This document shows, in pieces, positions 40,350 to 53,637 of a stretch of DNA of 64,000 nt. The DNA lies in NCBI RefSeq assembly GCF_006345805.1, contig NW_021835956.1:62001-126000 (forward strand), given 5' to 3'. Origin of the DNA: Octopus sinensis. Lineage: Eukaryota. The notes under the pieces are model-generated. The model did not search any database, had not been told where the DNA came from, and was given only the letters and a program-made list of their open reading frames with translations. The position numbers and the translations under genes are program-made. The first letter of the stretch is position 1; each line of letters opens with the position of its first letter.

Positions 40350-40434
<85 letters not shown>

Positions 40435-40911
40435 CAGCCACAAAAGTCTATGTGTGTATATATATGCATACATATATGTATGTAAGTATATATGCATTTT
40501 AATGTGTACATACATACAGAGAAGCACACACACACATACACACACAGACATATATAAATGTGTATACATACATATATATAGATAGATAGGTATAGATATA
40601 TACATACATACATACATACATACATACATACATACATACATACACACACACACATACATACATACACACACATACATACATACATACATACATACATACA
40701 TACATACATACATACATACATACATACATACATGCATGCATGCATATAATTTAGTCATAGGCACAGGTGTGGCTGAGTGGGTAAGAAATTTGCTTCCCAC
40801 CACATAGTTTTGGAATCAGTTCCATAGCATGGCACCTGGAGCAAGTCTCTTCTACTACTCTGGGCTCAGGCTAACCAAAAGACTTGTGAGTGGATTTGGT
40901 AGATAGGTGCT

Positions 40912-40965
<54 letters not shown>

Positions 40966-41548
40966 GAGAGATAAATAGACAGATGGACAGACGGATGGAC
41001 GGATAGATCATTATCATTTTTATCTTCATCATTTTATACGTGTATCACATGCTGATATGAGGTGAATATTTCTAAAGACTGGTACTTCTAAATGTGATTT
41101 GAATATTATTCTATGATTCAAGGCAGAAAGCCTGCAGAATTGTTAGAACGTCAGACAAAATGCTAAGTAGCATTTTGTCCATCTTTACACTTTGAGTTCA
41201 AATTTCATCAAGGCTGACTTTACCTTTCATCCTTTTGAGGTTGATAAAAAAGCACATGGGGAGCATTGGGGTTGATGTTTAAGACTTAGTCCCTTCCCAA
41301 AAACTGCTAGCCTTTTTGCCAAAATTTGAAACCAATATCTCTCTGTGACTGGATGATGTCTCTTCTGTCAACTGCTTTACAAAATATACCTACCATATTT
41401 TTGGATAGTGTCAACTCTAGAGGGGTTGAATACTTATCAACAAAGAAGAACTATATGTACCACACAGCTCTACACTTCTGCACATGTATCAACCACATTG
41501 AGTGTAAATTGTTTTTCCTGGAAGCAGCAACAAACAAATTGTCAGATT

Positions 41549-41592
<44 letters not shown>

Positions 41593-41689
41593 TACATGCA
41601 TAGACATATATATATGTCTATGCATGTATATATATATATCTATGCATATATATATATATATATGTTTATCATCATCATCATCATCATCA

Positions 41690-41830
41690 TCATCACGGAG
41701 GCAACGACCAAGACCTTTTGGCATTATGTCATGCTCAAGAAGAAGACCCATCAAGCCAAGCAAAATCGCAATCATGGCAGATAGTGGTGTCACACAAATG
41801 GCACCTGTGCCAGTGACATGTAAAAACACT
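41690..41830 (+). mobile_element. RTE LINE ORF end and start of 3' UTR
   Basis: ITEATTKTFWHYVMLKKKTHQAK resembles the LTEAMT.DR..W..AV..KT.QAK RTE C-terminus; one ~60-bp subrepeat follows. Confidence 0.6.
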
Positions 41831-42699
41831 CATTATGATGATAAACATATATATATGCATAGATATATATACATGCATAGACATAAACACGTATATCATA
41901 TATATGAATATATGTGTGGATGTATGTATGTGCATGTGTGAGTAAATATATATATATATATATGTGTGTGTGTATATGTATGTACCTATGTTTATACCTT
42001 TATATCTATGTGTAAGTGTGTGTTAGCATGCATGCTTGTATCTCTGTTTGTGTGTATATGTGTTATTGTGTGCATATCTGTGTCTGTATGCATGTTGATA
42101 TATATGGTGTATATGTTGAATCCTACATATTAGAACTGTAATATAGCCAACCCAGTAGTCTTTCACATACCTGATGCTCTATGAACCAAATTCCAAACCA
42201 ACTACTTTCATATATACCAAGACAGTGTTTTAGAAATATCTCATATCTGTGATAGCCATACTCTAGATATGTTTAGATAAACTTCAAAGCTGTTTTTGAT
42301 AACATAGGGACTAAAATTACTTGTAGCCACTATGTTATGGACAACACCCTAGATGCTTCTGTAGACCTAGATTTCAGTACTTTCAGCTCGTTGCAGAGGC
42401 CCAATGTAAAGTTTAGATACATAGATAATCTAGTCACCTCCCCCATTTTATAGCTAATATCATTACCACATTTTTGGTAAGGCAATGGAGTTGGCAGAAT
42501 CATCAGCATGCCAGACAAAATGCTAAATGGCATTTCACCCGTCTTTAAGTTCTGTGTTCAGATTCTGCTGAGATTGTCTTTGCCTTTTACCCTTTGGATT
42601 CAATAAAAATAAGTACCAGTTGAGCACTTGGGTTGATGTAATTGACTATTCCCCTCCTCCAAAATTTCAGCATTATTACTGCATGCTTTAGCTTTTTTT

Positions 42700-43990
42700 C
42701 TTCTAGAAAATTCTTCAAGTCAGCATCCTTCTACATTAAGAGCTCTAACATATACTTTAACCATTCATGTCCTCAGAATAGATCGAGAACAATAATATAC
42801 TTCACCTCCATCTACCACACTAAATATTTCAGTTAATGTGAGGAAAAAAGTATCTATCTCTAATAAATAAACATTTCTCTAAGAACCCTAGATAAAAAAA
42901 ATTGATAGGTCTTCAGTGAATTTAAGCTATAGCTGCAGTTCCAACATGAAAATGATAATCTCATGTAAACCTACCCAACTAACCGTTCCACATTGCACAT
43001 GCAGAAATGTAGAATCTTACCTACTAGATCAGGCATGCAACGTCAAGTCAACAATATCCAAAGCAAAATTATCTGAAGTATACGAAACTGAGTAGTTGAT
43101 GAAAAAAGGCTGCTATTGTTATTAGGAATCATCATTCAGTACACTGAAAAAAATAAATATCTAGACATTAGCAATCTGCATAAAGAAACAAAGGGAAAGG
43201 AAAATCGTCAATAGTACTAATAGGAGCCGTGTGTGGATGTACCATTGAGATGCTGCCAATATATAGCAGAAAGAATACACATTCTGCTAAATTCAAAAAT
43301 CTACAACCACTACCTCAATTTTAGAACTGAAATTTTCACCAAATGTATCTACAAATAAAAGTTTATCTTATCCAACTGGAAGATAGCATCTACACTAGGA
43401 TGACTATACTACAATTCACTAGGTCATCAGAACAAACACTACCTAACAGTTAAAAATATTACCCCCTGGTACCTTACAAGAACAAAACTTCTGGAGCCTG
43501 AAATTTCTTGAATGGAATACTGCAAGCATTTGTCTTTTTGCTCATTTTTTTTAACCTATTGATACAAGACATCCCCACACCTCCACAAACACATAATATT
43601 GTACACAAATGACAGCACACTTACATTCTTTGATCATCCATGTACTGACATACAACAGTTCCAGCCAATCTGAAATTATCAAGGAATCTAGCCGCACAAC
43701 ACTTGACTTAAAGTAGCAACTGCCTACTTGACAAATCTACCGTGTTGTTTATTACCAACAACACCAGAGAACATCAAACTCCAACTATCTCACTCATCAC
43801 CATAAGCATACCACACAGACAATAATGACAAAAGTACTGGACATCTCACAAGACAAGGTTTAAAACACACATGGACAACATATCAACAATGCACAAACCT
43901 ACTGAGAGTGATTACACGTACCGTATTTGCCCAACAGAAAGAAACAACCACAATAGTGCACAAAAAAGATATTAAATGATACATCATATT
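42700..43990 (+). mobile_element. Degenerate Penelope-like relics (Neptune-type motifs), probably two tandem pieces
   Basis: NRSRTIIYF, NLSYSCSSNMKMII, CTCRNVESYLLDQACNVKSTISKA and TYRICPTER resemble the R.IIWFNPP, LSYSC..N.K.II, CNCR...CPL.G.C and C.LC..EK motifs. Confidence 0.55.
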
Positions 43991-44559
43991 ATGCTTTCTC
44001 GACCGGTGTTCTAAATCTATTCACAGCAAACAAAAATAAACTTCAAGGAATTCAAAGCAACACAGTATGTATCATTGCAGGTTGTACACAAGCCACACCC
44101 AAAACAAACTACACATGACATAAAAAATAAATAAAAGGACCACCTGGACAAGTGAGGCCATAATATGTGATCGAAGAAGGCTTCAAATATACAGTCCCAG
44201 TCATTAAATAAATAACCACCATCAAACACCAAAAATTTACGACTTTGCAAGGTATTGCTAAAACAGCATCCTATAAATATATTTCTCTCACTCAGCTCAG
44301 ACGAACATAATGAAGACATGCAAACAGCTACAGTATCAAAAGCCTCAATAGCTCAAAACACTGAGCTAGATTGCACACCACAGGACTTTTTGCATACCAT
44401 AGGACTTTTTGAATGATTACACAGGAATGATTGCACAGTAATAACAACAAAATTATTTCCCTGCATATTTTAATTATCTCAATGATTTTTAACAGCCCAG
44501 CTGCTTTCTTTCCTTATATATTTTTAATTATACTTTCAACCGGATAATTACTGACTTTC

Positions 44560-45250
44560 ATTGCTGTTGTCTCTGCTTGGTCTATGTAGAGTTGTTCTGT
44601 TCTCTCCTCTTCTTGTTTACCAACATCACATTGTAGCATTTTAATGCATCTTTCTTCTTGGTGTTAGCGACTGCAAGAGTACCGTTGCCATTCACTTTTC
44701 TCAAACGACATGTTGATTCACTGAAATTTCTGATACCCACATTACAAAACGTTTGTAAACTTCTTGCTTTCAGCTTCTCCATCTCTACATATACCTATCT
44801 TATCTTCTAGCTACCCAATGTTGTTCCTTTGCTTCCCCTACTCTTCCATTATTTTCCGACCTGACACTTGGCCCATATGATTCTACCTACAATACTATTC
44901 CGACAACATGACACCTTTAGTCTAACAGACCCTTGCTCCATCCACAGATCTAGTTTTTGTATCACAGCAGTTTGTCTTGTTGAAACATGCATTTGTTCTC
45001 TCCTTTATTAGTTCCTATCTCCTTCTCATATGCGCCAAGTAGTACCAATTAAACCTATGTTTGATTGTGAGTTCTTTCAGTTACCATACTTTATAGATTG
45101 CTTTGTATCTCTGAGTCAGTCTGGATCTTTTGTATTCACAACCAGGTACCTATCTCGTTTCTAGTTACAACCATATCTATCACTGTTTTCTTGGCTGTTC
45201 TGTTGTCAGTATGGCTTGCATGTTTTCATAAGTAGAAGGTGATCAGTTGG
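44560..45250 (-). mobile_element. Highly degenerate LINE endonuclease/linker relic
   Basis: Minus relic TAKKTVIDMVVTRNE..YLVVNTK resembles the APE-end IDY..V motif; many stops. Confidence 0.35.
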
Positions 45251-46011
45251 CATGGGCAACTTTATGTAGAGTAATATAAAATAGTATAATAAAATATAGC
45301 ATATAATATAATGTAATATAACATAAATTAGTGTATTGTGCTCTATGGGTTTGCACTAAATGTGTGTGTGTGTGTGTGTACATGGTAGCAGAGTATACGG
45401 ACACTATCTGCAGAAAGGTCGCTTATTCTGAAGAGCTCACTGGAACATAACACTTGTTAAATGATAAAAATGAAACTTTTGGAACCAGTCAACACTCCAC
45501 TGAATACATCCTAAGATTTTGGTCCCCAACCTCGTGTGTGTGTGTGTGTAATGCAATGCCTTCGAGCATAATGCGCTCATTGTATATATTACATTTTATT
45601 TTTATTTTAGTTTCATTGCTTTTTTATTTTACCATACACAATCCTCACACTCATATCATGAATTCTGGCCAATACCATACAGCAGATTTGTTCTCTTTAT
45701 ATGATCAAACGGTTCTGCAGTATCTGTAGGTGGCACCAGTCATTTTTCTTGTAATGGCTTCACAAAACCACTGAATGCTGGCACTAGCTTTCATTACCGA
45801 TCAGGAATCGGAAAATTTCATACCCGTGGCCTTGCCAGGGAACTCATAGTATTGTGTGTGAGTATTCAATTTTTGTATAATATACTTGATATATTCTTCT
45901 ATTTCCATAATGTTGAGGTATGCTTCTTTGTTGCATATGTATTAAATTGTTATATGTATGTGCGTGTGTGTGTGTGTGATACAAAAACACAAGAAATAAA
46001 TAAGGTCAGCC

Positions 46012-46072
46012 CAATAGAGTTGTGGTGTCACAAGCATATGGATATATGCTTGTGACCACCACAACTCTATTG
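46012..46072. other. 61-nt near-perfect hairpin
   Basis: CAATAGAGTTGTGGTG-TCACAAGCATAT ggat ATATGCTTGTGACCACCACAACTCTATTG: 28 bp, one bulged base, 4-nt loop. Confidence 0.95.
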
Positions 46073-47494
46073 TCTTGCTTGCCAGTCCTCATATTGAAAC
46101 GTGGTGCATAAAAAGTCTGTAAATAAATTTTTGTTATCGACAATGGAAGTAGCATCCACTGTCCTTTGGGCAGGTATTTGCAGGTCACAAGTTATATGTG
46201 TATGGTCTTTCACTAATAATCTATCATCTTGGTGGTTTTGTTTTACTCTTCAGGCTGTATTTCTAACACTTCAATCGGTACATTGTATTTATCATCTAAC
46301 TTCATATCTTCCATCGTCCTCATGAGAATATGACTAGACTTTCAAGTGACAGGAATGCGAGTGATTTCCTTCACACGTATTCTACTCTTTATTTTATTTT
46401 TTTCATCTTTCTGTTGCTCTAGATGGGTTGTTATGTTAATACATATTGTTTAGGTCCTCCTCACAGTCGCAATGTTGTAGGATGGTTTTATTGGTTTTGG
46501 CTGGAGTAGGTTTCTGACCGATGACTTTTGGAATGAGGTTAGAGCAATCTCCCTTGCTATTCCTCAGATGTCACTCGATGGTGTTTTGATAAAATAATTT
46601 TTTGGTCTGCTGTTATTGTTGCTGTTACTTTTTCCTCTTTACTATTTTACAATTATTCTAGGCAGAAAAAGTTAAATCAAGTATAATGTTAAAAAGGTTG
46701 CATATAAGATTTCCACTTATACATCCCAGCCTCATTACTTGCCTTTTTGCACCCAAGATGTGGCAAAGTTACAGAACAGAGTCCAGTTGTCTTTGGAAGT
46801 CACGAGAGCTTTCTCACCCAAGCCTCAGTTTTTGAAAATCAATCTTATGCCCCAATAATCCATATTCCAAAATTAGTGGCTGTCTCAATACTGTCTCTCA
46901 AAACAATACTTTGACCCCTTAAGATTAGTTTGCTTTCTTATTTGGCAAAATGAACCTACGTGTGTTTGACGTTGATGATGATTAATATCGTCACACAAAC
47001 TGTTCAAATTTCTGCTCTAACTTCTATCAAAACATCCTTATTTTTCTATGTTGAATGTGTGAGTCTTGCTGGGGAATTTAATTTACTCTTATATTTTATT
47101 ATTTTTATTCTTGTATGGTTATATAAAAAGCATGAAACAGAGAGTATTAAAAAAGTCGACAACTGAGGAGGAGTCACATTTCTTTTGGTATTTTGTCTTG
47201 TACTTATCTCTGTGTGTTTACGTATTTTTCACTTTCACTCGGTGATGTCCTGTACTTGATAAGTATTTTTTACTGAGGCAATGACATACACAGCTGTCTA
47301 AATATCCTTCTCAGAAAAAATATAGATGTGTATATTTGTCAACAGAGTGGCGACTGCTCTCTGTTACTGGATGCTTTTTTTCAGCTTCAATAACAAAGAG
47401 TAGTCATGTTATATAACCACACTGTTATGTAATTTCCAGTTAACCAGTTGTAAAGATTGACTGAAATGGATCCCATAATATTGTACAGCTTGAT

Positions 47495-47525
<31 letters not shown>

Positions 47526-47536
47526 GTATGCGTGTA

Positions 47537-47571
<35 letters not shown>

Positions 47572-48057
47572 ACATGTATCCAAGTAGAGTCACGAGGAAC
47601 ACAAATCAGATATAAAACAGAACAATCAACAAGAGTCCAACATCAATATAATTGCAATGTGAAGAAAGAACGCAAGAGAAGGAAATGTTTTAGATAGTTA
47701 TCCTTCAGCAAGAGCAGAAAATATGGAGAATGAGCAATGAAGAAAGTTGACTAACAAAAGAAAAACCCCACCGACTGTAGTTGAATAATTTGATGAAAAA
47801 GTAGAACAGAAGTGGGTAGGATGAAATGTTTAGAATTGCAGTTAACAACTAAAAGAGAACTAGGGGAGATAATCAGGGTATGTTTGGAGAGAAAAGGAGA
47901 TGTGGGCATGTGGTCGTGCCTGTGTATATGTCCTACAAAATAGATGTTAACAAAAAATGTCAATATAATAAACAGAGCCAAGATGTGTGAATGGAACAAA
48001 AATACTGTCATTTTGTAGAAGGGAGATAGTGCAGAGTGTGTGTGTGTGCGTGTGTGG

Positions 48058-48440
48058 GAGCACTCCGTCGGTTACGACGACGAGGGTTCCGGTTGATCTG
48101 AATCAACGGAACAGCCTGCACGTGAAATTAATGTGTAAGTGGCTGAGCACTCCACAGACACGTGTACCCTTAACATAGTTCTTGGGGATATTCAGCGTGA
48201 CACAGAGAGTGACAAGGCCAGCCCTTTGAAATACAGGTACAACAGAAACAGGAAGTAAGAGTGAGAGAATGTTGTGGTGAAAGAGTACAGCAGGGATCAC
48301 CACCATTCCCCGCTGGAGCCTCGTGGAGCTTTTAGGTGTTTTCGCTCAATAAACACTCACAACGCCCAGTCTGGGAATCGAAACCGCGATCCTATGACCG
48401 CGAGTCCGCTGCCCTAACCACTGGGCCATTGCGCCTCCAC
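48058..48440 (-). mobile_element. SINE family C, full length
   Basis: Homologous to 33105-33491. Confidence 0.88.
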
Positions 48441-48559
48441 GTGTGCATGTGTGCATGCGTGCTGTATGTGTGTGTGTGAGAAAGTGTATTGATATGACTG
48501 TAAAGTGCATGAGAGGAAGATTATCAGATTGTAGAAGTGTTTTAAGGAGCGATAGTGCT

Positions 48560-48880
48560 TTTAGAGAAAGGGTAGCACATGCTACATGTAGTAAATGGAA
48601 ATAAAAGTTTTGTGATATTGTACAGTGCTGTAAATGGTGGGATACGGATAGGAGTGACTTGGAGAGTTGATGTGATAGGAAATGGGCCTGAATAATCTGG
48701 TGCTATTGTATTGAATGTCCAAAAATTGGCCAATCATCGATCACTTTCCACAATAGGCAAATACCGCTGTTATTTCTATCATTAAAGATTCAGGTGAAAA
48801 CAGTTGTATCCACTCCACTGCCAACCGTTTTCCTTCCTCACTTATCTATCATTCCTGCCCCCTCTACCCTTTTCAGTGCA
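48560..48880 (-). mobile_element. Degenerate L2/CR1-like RT N-terminal relic
   Basis: Frameshifted relic ending ..FRPIS.., consistent with the (N)YRPISL motif. Confidence 0.3.
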
Positions 48881-49269
48881 CCATGCTACGGAAATAACAA
48901 CTCTTTCAATACAACTGCCATAAATCCAACTTCTATATTTCTGGAACATCTTTTCTTTTGATTTTAACATCATCTCAATTTGGGTGATTTTCATCATCAT
49001 CATCATCATCATCGTTTAACGTCCGCTTTCCATGCTAGCATGAGTTGGACGGTTCAACTGGGGTCTGGGGAGCCCGAAGGCTGCACCAGGCCAGTCAGAT
49101 CTGGCAGTGTTTCTACAGCTGGATGCCCTTCCTAATGCCAACCACTCCGAGAGTTCGGAATTCCTTCATCCATTGCCATATTCTGTTTGCATTCTTTGAC
49201 AGCACCATTCCTGTTACAACAGTAGCACCTTAATTCAGAACATCACCTTTCTTAGCTCATCCTTCTTTT

Positions 49270-50050
49270 CCATCAATGTTTCACATGTTCTCTAAAACTT
49301 CATCTATTGCATAAAAATAACAATTCTGTGTTCTGTACTGGGAGGCTGGGCGTAAACTAGTTGATCATTTTGTGAAAGACTTGTTGGACTTTCTATGTAA
49401 TAACTCGGATCCCTCAGGGCTATGCCCGATAATTTTAATTCCTCAAGTGTCTCGATATTTGTGGCGTTTGACAACATTTCTCCCATTCCCAGTCTCTTGC
49501 TTGAACATCAATTAACTTACCAGTTAAACACTACTACACCAAGTGGGATTAATAATCAAGTTGCCTTCCTCTGAAAACACTGCTTTTTCAAATAAAACCA
49601 CTTCATACATGTACGCTTTCAAAAGGGATCCATACTTAGTCCCCTCCTCCTCATTCCACACACATTTAGGCAGTGCACTGCTCATCAACCACACACTGAC
49701 ACTGCCACACAGACAAACAACATTATGCTTTATTCGCTACCCACACATCAATGCAGCTCATTCACATTTATCCCCCAGAATATATACACACAATCAAACA
49801 TACCCTGCAAAGCATAAATAATACACTTCATAGCATGCTTTATCTTGTTTATCCCACTTAGCTTTTGCTTCATCTTTTTTTTTTTGTTTTTTGTGCTGTA
49901 AACCATCATTCTATGCATTTCCACTCTGCTCACTTTGTCCTAACATACAGAATGCTGCTTTTCTGGGATAAACATTTTTTTCGTTTCTTTTCAGTTTTCC
50001 ATTCTTGACGAAGAGCAACTGTCCAAAATATTAAATTCTCTTTTTCACTG
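49270..50050 (+). mobile_element. Penelope-like 3' relic (GIY-YIG plus tail)
   Basis: Frameshifted relic matching FTC.S.NLIYCI.C...YTGE.GR.L.DRF.EH and LEHQLTYQLNTTTPSG. A decayed hammerhead-like TGACGAAGAGC..AAA.ATTAAA lies at about 50004-50036. Confidence 0.6.
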
Positions 50051-50666
50051 TTTACAGTATAATATTTATATTACATTTATATAATGCCATTTGAGAATGC
50101 ATGAGGATCAGACAGACAGAGAAACAAAGAATTTTATGTATATATAGATGAAACAAAATACATATTGACACTCATGGTGTCTGATATTATTACCTTGTAA
50201 AATTTGATTTGATTTGGTCGAGCTATTTGGTAATGCATAGAGAACAGACAGACAGGGGGGGGGGCAAAGAATTTTATAATTATAGATAAATGTTTATATT
50301 ATATTTTGTTCTTTCCATTGTTCTTGTTTTCTTTTGACTGTACTTGAATATTGTTTCTTTCGTTTAGCATCCGTTTATATGTATATATATATATATATGC
50401 ACATGTATGTATGTTTGGATGTATGTATGTATGTGTGTGTAGGGGGTTATACATTTTCTTTGCAACTTTAAAGTTGTACATCAGTTGTGCATACTGTAGA
50501 ATTAAATATGTGAAAAGTATAAATGCAAGTGTTTGTTATATTTATATATATATATTCATTCTTGAGATTGTTGATATTCTGTACATGTGCCATCATTACT
50601 TATACAGACCATGATGCCAATCTGAAATTTTAAAATTATGTTTTGTAGCTGATTTACTGTTATTCT

Positions 50667-51052
50667 TTGGTAAGTAGCTTGCTTACCAACCACATGGTTC
50701 TGGGTTCAGTCCCACTGCGTGGCACTTTAGGCAAGTGTCTTCTACTATAGCCTCGGGCCAACCAAAGCCTTGTGAGTGGATTTGGTTGATGGAAACTGAA
50801 AGAAGCCCATCGTATATATGCATATATATATATATGTATGTGTGTGTATATGTTTGTGTGTCTGTGTTTGTCCTCACAACATTGCTTGACAACTGATGCT
50901 GGTGTGTTTACGTCCCCACAACTTAGCAGCTCAAAAAAAGAGACCGATATAATAAGTACTAAGCTTACAAAGAATAAGTCCTGGGGTCGATTTGCTCAAC
51001 TAAAGATGGTGCTACAGCATGGCCACAGTCACATGACTGAAACAAGTAAAAG
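50667..51052 (+). mobile_element. SINE family B, full length
   Basis: Head, body and tail as in 899-1287. Confidence 0.85.
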
Positions 51053-51315
51053 ATTACATTGGTTATCCTAACAATAGTTTAATGGAATAAACAAATTTTG
51101 CATGTCCCTACAAAATAAAATTGAATAAATCATTACATTTTGAAGCTATCAATTATAATATAACCCTTCAATCGATGACGATATATTTATAACTGGCTTC
51201 ATAATGTTTAAAAAGGTTATTCCTATTGTAGATTGACCTCAAGTCACAAAACTTCAAAAGTCAGAATTTTAAAATTGCACAGTGGTGTTATAATAAGCCA
51301 GTATAAGTGTGTAGT

Positions 51316-51650
51316 GAAGGTGCATGTCTCAGTGGTTAGAGCATCAAGCTTACGATCGTAATGTTGTGAGTTCGAATCCTGGACCAGGCTGTGTGTTGTG
51401 TTCTTGAGCAAGACACTTCATTTCCCGTTGCTCCAGTTCACTCAGCTGTAGAAATGAGTTGTGATGTCACAGTTGCCAAGCTGTATCAACCTTTGCCTTT
51501 TCCTTGGATAACATTGGTGGCATGGAGAGGGGAGGCAGGTATGCATGGGCGACTGCTGGTCTTCCATAAACAAACTTGATTGGACTTGTGCCTGGGAGGG
51601 TAACTTTCTAGATGCAATCCCAGGGTCAGTCATGACCGAAGGGGGTCTCA
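51316..51650 (+). mobile_element. tRNA-derived SINE, family D
   Basis: Box A/B head TCTCAGTGGTTAGAGC..GAGTTCGAATCCTGG followed by TTGAGCAAGACACTT..CACTCAGCTGTAGAAATGAGT, typical of a conserved central SINE domain. Confidence 0.7.
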
Positions 51651-52621
51651 GAGGTAAGTGTGTATAGTGTGTTGCATCGAGACCACCATTATTTTATCAA
51701 TACAACACACACTATTATATTATAATCTATAAAGGACTGCAAGCTGGCAGAGTTGTTAGCATGCTAGGCAAAATGCTTAGCAGCATTTCATCTGTCCTTA
51801 CATTCTGAGTTCAAATTCCACCAAGGTTGATTTGCTTTGCATTCTTTCAAGATCAACAAAATAAGTAACAGTTGAATACTGGGGTCAAGGTAATTGATTA
51901 ATCCCCTCCCCCAAATTTCTGATCTTGTGCCTATAGTAGAAAGTATCATAATATAATCCAATTTAGCATTTTTTTAAATTAGATTTCTCACATATCTATT
52001 AAGTCCTTTATAGTTCATTTTGGAACTGTAAGGTATACATATGGGTTCCTAAATCCATCGTAATTATCAATGTTCCTAGATTTACACAGCATCATCAATT
52101 GGATATAACAAGCATACCTACCTCATTTTATAGTAGAAAACAATGTGATTTCTGAAGATTTATTGCCTGATTTTGTTTAAACATTAATGTTTACGTCGAT
52201 TTTCGGTGACTGTTACATTCCATTCTTTTATCCATGGAGCCATTATCTCATTTTCTTACATACCAATTATTTTATTTTATTATTTATTGATTGTTTTATT
52301 TCATTATTTATTGTCTGATTTGTCTCGTTTCCCTATTCAATAATTGTTTCATTTCTCTATTTAGCATTTCTTTCATTATAATAATTAATTAATCTATTGC
52401 TTTTGATTTACAACTAATCTATTGTTTGCTTTTCTCTTTCTAGAAATTGCTTCAGTTGTGTTTATTATTATATGTTTATATTGCAGTTGATATTTGATTC
52501 TGATATACATATAGCATACATACATACATGAATGTATGAATGTATGTATGTATGTATGTATGTAGGTATGTATGCATGAATGCATGCATGCATGTGTATA
52601 TATATGTATGTATGTACGTGT

Positions 52622-53040
52622 ATTTATTTTATTTTATTTTATCTAGTTTCAGCTCATGAGCTGTGGCCATGCTGGGGCACCGCCATTTGGTGTTGCTACA
52701 TAATTTTACTTCACGAATGCTTTTTAGCAATTGCCATTTGGTGCATGAGAGAGGTTGATGCAGCTGCCCTCATCTACACCTCCTGCCGTGAAGTTGGTTC
52801 ATCTGGGACACCTGACAGGAAGAGATCCAGTTTTATTTTAAAGACATCTGCGTCCACCCCATGCAGGTCTCTCAGGTTCTTCCGGAGGATATTGAAGAGC
52901 TGTGGGCCTCTGAAGCCCAGGCTATCACAGTATCTTGTCCTACATCTTGATGGCAAATTTGGAGTCCTTGGCACAATGCAGTGGCGCCCAGTTCTAGCAT
53001 TTGTGTAACTCTCGATGCCAATTTGTGTAACTCTCGATGT
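52622..53040 (-). mobile_element. L2/CR1-group LINE 3' end
   Basis: RHCIVPRTPNLPSRCRTRYCDSLGFRGPQLFNILRKNLRDLHGVDADVFKIKLDLFLSGVPDEP (GP.LFN.L and F...LD.FL..PD.P motifs). Tail GGCGGTGCCCCAGCATGGCCACAGCTCATGAGCTGAAACTAGAT(AAAAT)n. Confidence 0.8.
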
Positions 53041-53488
53041 ATGCATGTGTGTGTGTATGTGTATGTATATATATATATATGTGTATATGTATATGTATGT
53101 ATATTTATGTATATCTGTATGTATGTATATATATGCACCTTTCTGGCACATGTGCTGGTGGCACATCAAAAACAACATTCAAGCATGGCCGTTGCCAGTG
53201 CCGCCAGGCTGGCTCCTGTGCAGGTAGCACTAAAAAACACCTTCTGAGTGTGGTCGTTGCCAAAACCACTTGACTGGCACACAAAAGCACAAAGCACCCA
53301 CTAGACTCTCAGAGTGGTTGGTGTCAGGAAGGGCATCCAGCTGTAGAAACTTTGCCAGATCAGATTGAAGCCTGTTGTAGCCTTCTGACTTGCCAGTCCT
53401 CAGTCAAACCATCCAATCCATGCTAGTATGGAAAGCAGACGTTAAATGATGATGATGATGATGAGGAGGAGGAGGAGGAGGAGGAGGA

Positions 53489-53533
<45 letters not shown>

Positions 53534-53534
<1 letters not shown>

Positions 53535-53637
53535 TTTATTTAAAGCAGCAGAAAATTCAACAAAATCTGTTACTCTGAGTTTCCCGTTTCCATTCGTCGG
53601 ACAGTTTTTGTTGAATTTTCTGCTGCTTTAAATAAAG
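53534..53637 (-). ncRNA. 37-bp inverted repeat enclosing a hammerhead-like core
   Basis: Arms 53534-53570 and 53601-53637 (one mismatch). The loop on the minus strand is CCGACGA-ATG-GAAA-CGG-GAAA-CTC-A-GAG-TA. Confidence 0.5.

Noticed and set aside
45730-45857. Possible + strand exons at 45730-45857 and near 22503-22549
   Set aside because: Plausible splice signals but no recognisable peptide and no consistent gene model.
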